Shown: positions 9,718 to 22,301 of the stretch, one piece after another
Numbering within the stretch: position 1 is the first letter of the stretch
Layout: each line of letters starts with the position of its first letter
DNA from: an uncultured Acidobacteriota bacterium
Lineage (GTDB): Bacteria; Acidobacteriota; Vicinamibacteria; Vicinamibacterales; SCN-69-37
Direction: 5' to 3'
DNA: 64,000 nt
NCBI GenBank assembly: GCA_963724955.1
Contig: CAVRWQ010000003.1
Coordinates: 159,713-223,712 of the forward strand
Made by a program: the position numbers and the translations under genes
Notes under the pieces: model-generated
What the model saw: the letters and a program-made list of their open reading frames with translations, nothing else
Databases searched by the model: none
Told to the model about the DNA's origin: nothing

Positions 9718-10197
9718 TCAGGGCGCCTTTCTCCCCGTTGGCGGCTGCGTCTGGATGCTGACGTTCTGCACGCCGCCCTGTCTCAATTGATCGAACACGC
9801 TGATCAGTTCCTGGGCCGTGATCTGCCCGTCGGCGGCGAGGATGACGTCCTGCGTCACGCGCCCGGACAGCTCCTGTCGAATTCGCTCGGGCAGTACGCC
9901 CAGGCTTACGAACTCAGTGTCGATCTGGAGACGGCCATCCTTACGAAAACTGAGCGGCACCGTGACGGTCACTGGCGCCTTCTTGATGCTGACCGACTTT
10001 CGCGACTCCGGCAACTGGACGGGGAACCCCTGCTGCATCATCGGCGCCGCCACCATGAAGATGACGAGCAGCACCAGCATCACGTCGATCATCGGCACGA
10101 CGTTGATTTCCGCGAGAGACGTCGACACCCGCATCACCCGGGCCCGGCGCCCCCCGGGCCGGCTCGACGGCTGCTGCATCGGTTCGAGCTTCGGCAT
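9718..10197 (-). CDS. tolR: Biopolymer transport protein TolR/ExbD
   Basis: Intact 159-aa ORF. 'EINVVPMIDVMLVLLVIFMVAAP' is the signature TM with the conserved Asp. Confidence 0.85.
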   Translation of the reverse strand: MPKLEPMQQPSSRPGGRRARVMRVSTSLAEINVVPMIDVMLVLLVIFMVAAPMMQQGFPVQLPESRKSVSIKKAPVTVTVPLSFRKDGRLQIDTEFVSLGVLPERIRQELSGRVTQDVILAADGQITAQELISVFDQLRQGGVQNVSIQTQPPTGRKAP

Positions 10198-10290
10198 CGG
10201 CGGGGCCCCCTAGTTCCCCCGCCTGGCGCGCTCGCTCGCGGGGGCCCCAACGCCCCGCGCCGCTCGCGCGCGGTCGTCGTGTTGTCGTGT

Positions 10291-10964
10291 TCATGTGAAG
10301 TTCCGCTCGGCGATCGTGAGGAACTCCATCGAGAAGTCCTCCATCTCGTTCGCGAAGGCTTTCACGCGGCTCGTGACGTCGTTGTAGAAGTAGACGGCAG
10401 GAATCGCGGCGAAGAGTCCGAGCGCCGTCGCGATGAGCGCTTCGGCGATCGCCGGGCGCGACGACGCCGAGGCTCGTCGACCCGGCGCCGGCGATGGCGA
10501 GAAACGACGTCATGATGCCCCAGACCGTGCCGAAGAGTCCGATGTACGGCGTGATCGACGCGGTCGTCGCGAGAAACGCGACGCGATGCTCGAGCTTGGC
10601 GATCTCGGTCGTCGATGCACGCAGCAAGGCTCGGTCCACGGCCTCCAGGCTCCTGAGGGTTGGACGCGACGGCGGCGTCGCCCGGCTTGTTGTCGCCCGC
10701 GGCGCGCAACTGCGCGTTGAGCTCGGCGTAGCCTGCCTGGAACAGCCCGACGAGCGGACTCGCCGACAGACTCGCGCAGACCGCCTGCACTTCGGAGAAG
10801 CGGCTGCTCTTGCGAAACACGTCGAGGAACGTCGCCGTCTGCTTCGACGCGCGGCGCAGCTGCGCGTACTTGCACAAGATGATGCCCCACGAGGCGGCGG
10901 AAAACATCAGCAGGATCGACGAGCACGATCTGGACGGTCAGACTCGCGTTCTGAATCAGCGAGA
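10291..10964 (-). CDS. tolQ: Tol-Pal proton-channel protein TolQ/ExbB (about 3 frameshifts)
   Basis: Stitched from three frames: 'MDIISLIQNASLTVQIVLV' / 'MFSAASWGIILCKYAQL...FQAGYAELN' / 'EIAKLEHRVAFLATTASITPYIGLFGTVWGIMTSF' / 'IAEALIATALGLFAAIPAVYFYN...FLTIAERNFT*'. Shifts lie near 10915, 10645 and 10450. Confidence 0.85.
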
Positions 10965-11163
10965 TGATGTCCATGTGAGACGACGAGGCGAAGACCGACG
11001 GGGGTCTGATCCTGCAGAGCGAGGACCAGCGTTCCAAGCGCGCGCAAAAACACCTCCACTGCGACGAGTGGTGATGCGCCGCTGGGACAGCGCGAGAGCC
11101 ACAGCGTAACACGCGCCTATAGAGCTGTCAAAGGTCTGATACGATGGGAGTTCCGGTCCGCAC

Positions 11164-12860
<1,697 letters not shown>

Positions 12861-14230
12861 GTGGCGCGTAAGTACTTCCTCGAGACGTTCGGCTGTCAGA
12901 TGAACTACCACGACTCCGAGCGCATCGCCGGCCTGCTCGAAGTCGGACGGCTACGAACCCACCGCCGACGAACGCGACGCCGACGTCGTCGTCATCAACA
13001 CGTGCAGCGTGCGCGAACGCGCCGAGGAAAAGCTCTACACGCGGCTCGGCGAGATTCGCGAGAACACTGCCGGCCGACCAGGACGCGTCCGATCGTCGCC
13101 GTCACCGGCTGCGTCGCGCAGCAGGAAGGCGCGCGCTGCTGCGCCGCGACCGCAGCGTCGACGTCATCGTCGGCACGCAGAGCCTCAAGGAACTGCCGCG
13201 GCTCGTCGCGCGAGGCCGCTCGAGCCGGCGGCCGCGCGTCGACATCAACCCGCACGACGACGTGTCGTTTCCGCTCGGCGTCGCGCGCCATTCCGATCCC
13301 GTGCGCGCGTGGGTCACGATCATCGAGGGCTGCAACGAGTTCTGCTCGTTCTGCGTCGTGCCGTACACGCGCGGACACGAGCGGATGCGGCCGGTCGCCG
13401 ACATCCTCGCGGAGGTGCGCGAGGCCGCGCGACACCGGCCGTCGCGAGGTCCAGCTGCTCGGACAGATCGTCAATCACTACCAGGCGCCGGACGACCCGG
13501 CGTGCGACTTCGCGGCGCTGCTCGAGCGGGTCAGCGAGGTGCGACGGCATCGACCGCATCCGCTTCGCGAGCCCGCATCCGCGCCACGTCACGCCGCGGC
13601 TCATCGCGGCGATCCGCGATCTGCCGAAGGTCTGCAAGCACCTCCACCTGCCGGTGCAGTCCGGCTCGAACCGGATCCTGCGCGCGATGCGGCGCCGCTA
13701 CACGCGCGAGGCGTATCTCGATCTCGTCGACGCGACTGCGGGCGGCGGTGCCGGGCGTCGCGCTCTCGACCGACATGATCGTCGGGTTCCCGGGCGAGAC
13801 CGACGAGGACTTCGAGCAGACGCTCGACCTCGTCCGCCGGGCGCGGTATCACTCGATGTATTCGTTCAAGTACTCGCCGCGACCGAACACGCTGGCGATC
13901 AAGCGGCTGCCGGACGACGTGCCGGAGGCGGAGAAGACGCGGCGGATTCTCGCGCTGCAGGACCTGCAGCGGGAGATCCAGGGCGAGCGGCTTCGCGGCG
14001 ATGGTCGGGCACGACGTACGAGGTCCTCGTCGACGGCGTCGTCGCGGCGGCGCGCCTGGGAGCTGACCGGCCGGACGAGCGGGCAACACCGTCGTGAACT
14101 TCCCGGGACCGCCGGAGTGGCTCGGCCGGCTCGTGCCGGTGCGCATCACCGCGGCGGCGCCCAACAGCCTGCGCGGCGAGGCGCTAGCCGTCGGCCACGC
14201 TCACGGCCAGGGAGGCCGCCATGCTGATTG
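12861..14230 (+). CDS. miaB: tRNA-2-methylthio-N6-dimethylallyladenosine synthase MiaB (many frameshifts)
   Basis: GTG 12861 gives '[17 protein letters not shown]'. Also '[16 protein letters not shown]', the radical-SAM '[21 protein letters not shown]', '[22 protein letters not shown]', '[14 protein letters not shown]' and the TRAM end '[14 protein letters not shown]'. Confidence 0.9.
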
Positions 14231-14711
14231 AGATGTCGATCAAGGGCCTGATGGTCGACCCGGTGACGAACATGCCGATCGTGCTCCTGCGCGACGCCGA
14301 CAACCAGCGCGTCGCTGCCGATCTGGGTCGGGCCGGTCGAGGCCAACGCGATCGCGCTGCAGATCGAGAACGTCGTCGCCGCCGCGGCCGATGACGCACG
14401 ACCTGCTGCGCAACCTGCTCGACGGAGCTCGGCGCGACGCTCGACGCGCGTGGTCATTCGCGACCTCCGCGAGCAGCACCTTCTACGCCTATCTCGAGCT
14501 GCACCGCGGCGGCGAGGTGCTCTTCGTCGACGCGCGCCCGAGCGACGCGCTCGCGCTCTCGCTTCGCACCCGGGCGCCGGTCTTCGTGGACACCAAGGTC
14601 CTCGATCAGGCGCGGTCGGTCGAGACGTCAGCGACCGAGCAAGCCGACCAGGAGCGGCTGCAGCGGTGGCTCGAAAGCTTGGATCCGGACGATCTGGGCT
14701 ACAAGATGTAG
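14221..14711 (+). CDS. Bifunctional nuclease family protein (DUF151/BFN domain), about 2 frameshifts
   Basis: '[30 protein letters not shown]', then shifted 'PIWVGPVEANAIALQIENV' and 'MTHDLLRNLL...YAYLELHRGGEVLFVDARPSDALALSLRTRAPVFV'. This matches my recollection of the BFN family. Confidence 0.68.
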
Positions 14712-14722
14712 TGGCTGTTTTC

Positions 14723-15537
<815 letters not shown>

Positions 15538-15545
<8 letters not shown>

Positions 15546-16374
15546 GCGCGGACTTCCAATTTCGCTGAAGATGCGGCACGACGCGCACTACGTCGACGCC
15601 CTGGCCAGCTCCGCGGGCAGCCCGATCGGGCGCCTGGTGCCGATCGACCGCGTCGATCCCGAACCCGGACCAGCCGCGGCAGGTCATGGGCGACCTGTCC
15701 GAGCTCATGGCGTCGATCGCCGAGAAGGGCATCATCGAGCCGCTCATCGTCCGCCAGCGGGGCAGCCGCTACCAGATCGTGGCCGGCGAGCGCCGCTACC
15801 AGGCGGCCGTCCAGGTCGGCCTCCGCGAGCTGCCGGTGGTCATCCGCGACGTCGACGACACGGAGATCATCGAGGTCGCGCTCGTCGAGAACATCCAGCG
15901 CAAGGACCTCGGCGCCGTTCGAGGAGGCCGAGGCGATGGCCAGCCTGGCCGAGCGGTGCGGCTACACGCACGAGGACCTCGCCAAGCGCCTCGGGAAGTC
16001 GCGGACGTCGATCACCGAGTCGCTGGCGCTCGCCGAGATGCCCGATGAGGTCCGAAATCTTTGTCGGCTGGCCGACATTTCCTCTAAGTCATTGCTTTTA
16101 CAGGTAGTTAGGCAGCAGACGCCTCAGAAAATGATCGCCCTCATCGAGCAACTGACCCGGGACGGCGCCGGCGGCGTCACGCGCGAGCAGGCGCGCAAGG
16201 CCGTGGCCGCCAAGCCGTCGAAGCCCGGCCGGCCGAAGGCGTTCGTGTTCCAGTACCGGCCGCCCACGAAGACCTTCAACCTGCGTCTGCAGTTCCGCAA
16301 GAGCGACGTCGATCGCACCGAGGTCATCGCCGCGCTCGAGCGCATCATCGCGGAGCTGCGCAAGGAGCGAGTAA
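15538..16374 (+). CDS. parB: Chromosome partitioning protein ParB/Spo0J (2-3 frameshifts; end inferred)
   Basis: '[31 protein letters not shown]...[18 protein letters not shown]' (ParB box) and HTH '[23 protein letters not shown]'. A TAA at 16372-16374 is in frame after a 1-nt shift. In the uncorrected frame the ORF runs on through the repeat into lptF. Confidence 0.9.
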
Positions 16375-16389
16375 CACGCTTCACCCGAG

Positions 16390-16750
16390 GCTCGGGGGTC
16401 CAGAGCACCCAAGTCCCGGGCGGTAAGAACACCCAAGGCTCCGCGAAGTCCGGTCGACAAGCGCTGCGAAGTCCGTGGCGGCCAGGACGCTCAAGTCCAG
16501 GTCGACAGGACGCTCGAAGTCCTGGGCGACCAGGACACCCAAGCCCGGATCGGCGAACGACGACCCAGGAAGTCCTGAAGCTCAGAGCACGGCTCGAAGT
16601 CCTGAGCGACCAGGCCCCGAGTCGGCTCGCCAGAGCCCGGGACTTCGAGCGCCGAGCCCAGGACCTCGAGTGCTCCAGGCCCAGGACCTCGAGCGCCGAG
16701 ACCCAGGACTTCGAGCGCTGTCCAGGTCCAGGACCTCGAGTGCCTTTCAG
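16390..16750. repeat. About 360-nt imperfect palindromic array of 22-25-nt units
   Basis: The left half carries about 6 copies of GCTCGAAGTCCTGG-like units (16445, 16468, 16491 and 16514 with 23-nt period; also 16569 and 16594). The right half carries about 5 copies of the reverse complement CCAGGAC(C/T)TCGAG(C/T)GC (16640-16746). Some units are themselves mini-hairpins (GTCCTGG gcga CCAGGAC). Lies between parB and lptF. Confidence 0.8.
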
Positions 16751-16913
16751 GCCCAGCACCTCCACAAGTCAACATAACATGTCTTATCAGACGTTGCCGA
16801 TATGGCCTCGAAAACACGCGCCTGTGGAAGGTTTGCGGAACCCGGACCGCCCTGGATCCCGCCCCGGATCGCGCCTCCACGCCGCGAAATCTGCGTGCTA
16901 TCGTGTGACTCGA

Positions 16914-18160
16914 ATGCGCGTCCTCGACCGCTACATGATCCGCGAGACGATCGCGCCGTTCCTCCTGGCCCTGGCCGTCTTCACGTTCGTGCTGGCGGTC
17001 GACCCGATGCTGTCACCGGGCCGAGGCGCTGCTGGCCAAGGGCGTGCCGGTCCAGACCGTCGGGTTGCTGCTGTTGACCTTGCTGCCGCAGGCCCTCGGC
17101 GTGACGATCCCGATGGCGTTCCTGACCGGGCTGCTGATGGCGCTCGGCCGGATGTCCGGCGACCGCGAGTCGGTGGCCCTGCTGGCGTGCGGCGTCAGCC
17201 CGGTCCGGCTCCTGCGCCCGGTCCTCGTCCTGGGTGCGCTCGTCGGGGCCCTGGACCTCTACGTCATGGTCAAGCGGCGTCCCGGACGGCAACCTCGCCT
17301 TCCGTGAACACGACCTGGAAGCTCCTGACCCAGCAGAGCGAGGCCGACATCAAGCCCCAGGTGTTCTTCGAGAGGTTCCCGGGCTTCGTGATGTACGTCG
17401 AGCGACAGCCAGCCGGGCGGCGGCTGGAAGGGCGTGTTCCTCGCCGAGATGGGCACGGGACCCGCCAGGACCGGGACGCCGACCGTGACGCTCGCCGAAC
17501 GCGGCACGCTGCGGATCGACCAGGACGAAAAGCTCGTCCGGCTCATCCTGCACCAGGCCACGCGGTACTCGCCCGGCGAAAACGGGTCGCGCGTCTACAG
17601 CATGTCGCGCCAGGACCCGGTGTCGATTGCCATCAGCCCGGAGTCGGTCTTCGGCGCCGGCCAGCATCGGCCGGGGCCTGCCCGAGATGCGCATCTCGGA
17701 CCTGAACGAGGAAATCGCCCGCAAGCGCGCCGCCGGCGACACGCCGCACAACGAGATCATGTACCTCCACCAGAAGTTCTCCTTCCCGGTGGCGTGCCTC
17801 GTGTTCGCGCTGCTCGGACTGGCGCTCGGCCTGAACACCCGGAAGGAAGGCAAGCTTGCCGGTCTGACGCTCGGCGTCGCCGTGATTCTCGTGTACTGGG
17901 GCCTGCTGGGCCTCGCCGAGAGCTGGACCAAAGCCGGCAACTGGGGCGGCTCGAGAGGCGGCTTCCCTGCCTGGCTGGCGCGCTGGTTCCCCAACATCAT
18001 CCTCGGCATCGTCGGCGTCGTCGCCGTGTGGTGGCGCAGCCGATCGAGCGGAGGCGCGCTGACCCTCGAGGTTCCGTCGTGGCTGACGCGGTGGCGCAAG
18101 CGGAAGACTGCCGGCGATCCGGCCGCCGCCGCCGTGGCCGCCCCTCCCCGACCGGTCCTC
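16914..18160 (+). CDS. lptF: LPS export ABC permease LptF (YjgP/YjgQ family), about 4 frameshifts, no stop before lptG
   Basis: 'MRVLDRYMIRETIAPFLLALAVFTFVL', 'LLLTLLPQALGVTIPMAFLTGLLMALGRMSGDRESVALLACGVS', 'EIMYLHQKFSFPVACLVFALLGLALG' and 'WFPNIILGIVGVVAVWW'. Confidence 0.75.
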
Positions 18161-19276
18161 GTGATCCGGATTCCGCGGCTGTCGATCCCCGGGCCGCGGC
18201 TGCTGGATCGCTACGTCGGCGCCCGATACCTCCGCATGGTGGCGCTGGCATTCGTGAGCCTGCTGGCGCTCTTCTACATCGGCACCTTCCTCGACTTGTC
18301 CGACAAGCTCTTCAAGGGACAGGCCGACGGCTGGATGTTCCTGCGCTACCTCTGGTACTCGACGCCGCAGTTCATCGCGTTCGTCCTGCCGAGCGCGATG
18401 CTCGTCGCCGTCCTCGGCACGATCGGCGGCCTGATGCGCAACGGCGAGCTCACGGTCATGCGCGCCTGCGGCGTGAGTCTCTACCGGACGGCCCTGCCGC
18501 TCCTCGTGCTGGGCGCTGATGTTTGGCGCGCGTGCTGTTCCTGCTCGACGAACACGTGCTCGCGACCGCGAAGCGGCGCGCCGACGTCCTGGGCGACACC
18601 ATTCGCGGCCGGGCGCCGCACACCTACGAGATCGGCAATCAGAGCTGGCTCATCGGGATCGGGGACGGCCGGATTTACTACTACGTCGTGATGGACAGAC
18701 CGCGCGAGACGCTCCACGGCCTGTCGGTCTTCGAGACCGCGCGCGGCCCGTACCGCCTGCTCGGTCACACTTACGCGGCCCGCGCCATGCATCGCGCCGG
18801 CGTCTGGCAGGTCGAGGACGGCTGGACCCAGCGGTTCCAGGGCGCCGATCAGGTCACCCGCGTGCCGATTCGGAAAGACCCAGATGGCGCTCGCGCCTCT
18901 GGCCGACTTCCAGCGGGCGCAGGTCGACACTGCGCAGATGAAGTTCGGCCAACTGCGCGAGCACGTCCAGCGCCTGGGCGCCAGCGGAGTCAACGTGGCG
19001 GAACAGAGGGTCAACCTGCACCGGAAGATCGCCTTCCCCGCCGTGACGATCGTGATGACGCTGCTCGCGGTGCCCTTCGGCGTGACGATCGGCCGCGGCG
19101 GGACCCTCTACGGATTCGGCGCCGCCATCGTGTTGTCGTTCGCGTACTGGCTGCTGACGACGTTCTTCATGGCCGTCGGCGGCGCCGCCATGCTGCCCGC
19201 GGCCCTCGCCGCCTGGGCGGCCAACATCCTCTTCCTCGCGGCGGCGCTCTACCTCATGCTCACTGTGAGAACGTGA
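18161..19276 (+). CDS. lptG: LPS export ABC permease LptG (YjgP/YjgQ family), about 3 frameshifts
   Basis: Candidate GTG at 18161 gives '[44 protein letters not shown]', '[35 protein letters not shown]' and '[22 protein letters not shown]'. Ends at the TGA at 19274-19276. Confidence 0.75.
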
Positions 19277-19312
19277 CAGGTACGACAGGTACGACAGGAA
19301 CGACGGGTACGG
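19277..19312. repeat. Tandem 9-mer array (GGTACGACA-like, about 4 copies) filling a convergent intergenic spacer
   Basis: cag gtacgacag gtacgacag gaacgacgg gtacgg lies exactly between the lptG stop (19276) and the stop of the minus-strand PHP gene (19313). Confidence 0.8.
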
Positions 19313-21030
19313 TCAGTCGGTTTTTCCGACTCCCAGGTTGAGGTTCGTGAGCCAGATCTGGCCGTCCGTGCCGGGTAGCGTGTTCAGCGTGTCCACGACG
19401 AAGAGCACGGCGTGGAGGCGCGCGACGATGGGACGCAGCGTGGAGTTGGCGTCCACCTGCTGGAGATCGCGGATGGCGATGCTGATCGCGCGCGGGGTCT
19501 CGTCGAGATAAATCGAACGCTGCCAGCGTGGGCCGTCGGGGTTGTTGCGCAGGCGCACCTGCACCGACAGGCGCATCGGCCGGCTGGCGCGCGCCGTGAA
19601 GCTGATGCGCTCGATCCCCTCGTCCGTCTGGACGTCGCTCGCGACCGCCGCGAACTGCCCGGCCGCCACGCCCGCGCCGAGACGAAAGCGGAACTGCACC
19701 GCGCCGGTCGAGACGTCGTACGCCGCGGTGGACGTCGGATCGTGCTCCGTATGCCAGGGCAGATCGGGGCCGAGGGGGATGAGCGGCAACGCGTCGGCGG
19801 CCGCGGCGGGCGCGGGCGAGACGTCCGTCATGCCGACACGAATCGCGTTCGATACGAGCCACGGGAACGCCGAGCCGCGATAGAACGCCTCGACCCGATA
19901 CGCGCCCGGCTGCGATGCGACGAACTTGACGCTCCCCTGCCCCGAGATCACGGGCTGTCCGTTTCGAAGGAGCGTGAGGTGCGCTGCGGCCACGCCGGGG
20001 ACGAGCGCGCGCAGGACCGGCGGCGGCACACCCATCCCGATCGACGCGCCGGGAGGGATGACGACGCCGTCGGCGTCCGCTTCGAAACTGAGCAGCGCGG
20101 GCGCGGCAATCGCGCTCGCAATCGAGAACGTCCGCCCCGCGCCGATGGCGCGCCAGAGACGGTCGGCATCGGCCACCGGCTCGCCTGACCACGGCTGGTC
20201 CAGCAGCACGCCCTGCTGCAGCGCGCGAAACATCGTGACGTACGAAGGCTGCGCGAGCGCGGTCCGCCGGCGCGGCTCCTCCCCTTCCGACCAGGGAATG
20301 CTCGCGTGCGCATCGACCGCGGCGAGCGAGAACATCGGGCGGGATCGCAACGCGGCATCCCATCGCTGCAGTGTCGCCGCCGGGCGCGTGAAGAGCGACG
20401 TCACGGCCTCCGGCGCCCGGAAGATCGATCGCGCGGCCACCGCGATGAGCCGCCGCGGGGCGTCGTCGCGCCACTCCGAATCGGCGTTGACCCATTCGAG
20501 GCCGTCGACGTCGGCGTTCGGCGCGCGCCACCTCAGCTCGGGGTGTGGCGAGTCGGGATGCGCGATCACCGCCCAGCCTCCCTGCCGGTGGATGTCCTCG
20601 ATCACGTCGCGCGCCTCTCCGGCGAGCGGATACGGCGACGCCTGCTTCAGGTTGAGCGCGACGACGTGGCCGGCCGACGGTGCCGATCTCGACGCCGTCG
20701 AGACAGAGGACGCCGTGCCGGTAGGCCGGCGGATCGGGAGGCCGCGTGCCGTCGCCGTGATCGGTGAGGATGACGAACTCGAGTCCCGCGCGAGCGGCCG
20801 CGCGCGGCGATCTCGTCAACCGTGCCGGTGCCGTCCGAGCGCGACGAGTGCACGTGATACGCGCCGAAGACGACGGCCGGCCGGAATGGGCGCCGTCAGC
20901 CGTATCGGCGCGCGGCGGGAGGGTGAAGCCGACGAAAAAGCGCGCGCCGACGGCCGCGACGTGAATGGAGCGCGGGAGGACACGGCGACGCGAGCTGAGA
21001 CCCGTCGGCAAGGTGCACGGCTGCCGGACT
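19313..21030 (-). CDS. PHP-domain metallohydrolase (CehA/McbA-like) with a large C-terminal beta-rich region; N-terminal frameshifts, start approximate
   Basis: '[20 protein letters not shown]...[19 protein letters not shown]' (PHP His/Asp motifs, stitched from 2-3 frames) followed by the intact 430-aa ORF 19313..20605 ('[12 protein letters not shown]...'). Confidence 0.62.
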
Positions 21031-21049
21031 TCTGCGCGTCTCGTGACTG

Positions 21050-22204
21050 CCAGAGCCCGGCATCCGCTCGCAGCGCCGCGGCCTTGTCGGTCCGCTCCCA
21101 GGTGAACTCGGGTTCGGTGCGGCCGAAGTGGCCGAAGGCGGCGGTCTTGCGGTAGATCGGCCTGCGCAGGTCGAGCGTCTCGATGATGCCGCGCGGCGTG
21201 AGCTTGAAGTGCGTGCGCACGAGGTCCGACGATCTTGTCGTCGGCGATGCGGCCGGTGCCGGACGTGTCGACGAGCACGGAGACGGGATCGGCGACGCCG
21301 ATCGCGTACGCGAGCTGCACGAGCGCCTTCTCGGCAAGGCCGGCCGCGACGATGTTCTTGGCGATGTAGCGCGCCATGTAGCACGCGGAGCGATCGACCT
21401 TCGTGGGATCCTTGCCGGAGAACGCGCCGCCGCCGTGCGGCGCGGCGCCGCCGTAGGTGTCGACGATGATCTTGCGGCCGGTGACGCCGGCGTCGCCGTG
21501 CGGGCCGCCGGTGACGAAGCGGCCCGTCGGATTCACGTAGATCTTGGTGTTCGTGTCCATCATCTCGCCGGGGATGACCTTGTGGATGATCCGCTCGGTG
21601 AGGTCTTCGGTGATCGTCGCGTGCGTCGCGGTCGGGCTGTGCTGCGTGGAGACGACGACGGCGTCGACGCGGACGGGACGGCCGCCGTCGTACTCGACGG
21701 TCACCTGCGACTTGCCGTCGGGCCGGAGGTAATCGAGCTCACCGCTGCGGCGCGTCTCGGACAGGCCGCGCACGAGCTTGTGCGCGAGCATGATCGGCAG
21801 CGGCATCAACTCGGGCGTCTCGGTGCAGGCGTAGCCGAACATCAGGCCCTGGTCGCCGGCGCCGCCCGTGTCCACGCCCTGGCCGATGTCGCGCGACTGC
21901 TCGTGAATCGACGAGAGGACGGAGCACGTCTCGTAGTCGAAGCCGAACTTCGCGCGCGTGTAGCCGACGTCTTTGATGACCTGCGCGGACGACCTTCTGG
22001 AAGTCGACGTAGCAGCTCGTGGTGATCTCGCCGGCGATCGATGGCAAGGCCGGTCGTGACGAGCGTTTCGCAGGCGACGCGCGCGACCGGATCCTGCGCG
22101 AGGATCGCGTCGAGCACGCCGTCGGAGATCTGGTCGGCAATCTTGTCGGGATGGCCTTCGGTAACGGATTCGGACGTGAAGAGATGGCGGCCGTTGCGCC
22201 CCAT
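21050..22204 (-). CDS. metK: S-adenosylmethionine synthase (about 3 frameshifts; stop not identifiable)
   Basis: '[22 protein letters not shown]', '[23 protein letters not shown]', '[21 protein letters not shown]', '[17 protein letters not shown]' and the C-terminus '[25 protein letters not shown]'. Confidence 0.94.
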
Positions 22205-22301
22205 GAAAAATAACTCCTTGCCTTGGGCGCGGCACCACTGAGACGTGAGCCGCCTTGCCCCAGAAACAACTAAGAGTACCAGACAGCCCGCGAGCGGTCA
22301 A

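Noticed and set aside
11000-11163. SOS (LexA) box upstream of recN.
   Set aside because: No CTGT-N8-ACAG, GAAC-N4-GTTC or GTTC-N7-GTTC arrangement is present. There is only a single GTTC at about 11149 and an isolated CTGT at about 11122.
16390-16750. Possible CRISPR array, given the regularly spaced repeats.
   Set aside because: The units are contiguous 22-25-nt degenerate repeats with no unique spacers. The two halves are reverse complements of each other. No cas genes are present in the window.
19260-22301. A 1013-aa ORF on the minus strand that looks like a giant protein.
   Set aside because: It is a chimera. It contains out-of-frame PHP-hydrolase sequence, a central stretch of genuine MetK ('[23 protein letters not shown]...') and shadow sequence, joined only because no stop occurs in that frame. 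The same applies to 38353..41298(-) (gspE plus gspF pieces), 50126..53344(+) (secA plus guaB pieces), 15936..17705(+) (parB, the repeat and lptF) and 28570..29844(-).
22205-22301. Possible SAM riboswitch in the about 95-nt leader upstream of metK (minus strand).
   Set aside because: I could not recognise the conserved cores of the SAM-I, SAM-II or SAM-V classes or a convincing pseudoknot. The spacer also has to accommodate the xerD 3' end. A covariance-model search (Rfam/Infernal) would be needed, so no call is made.
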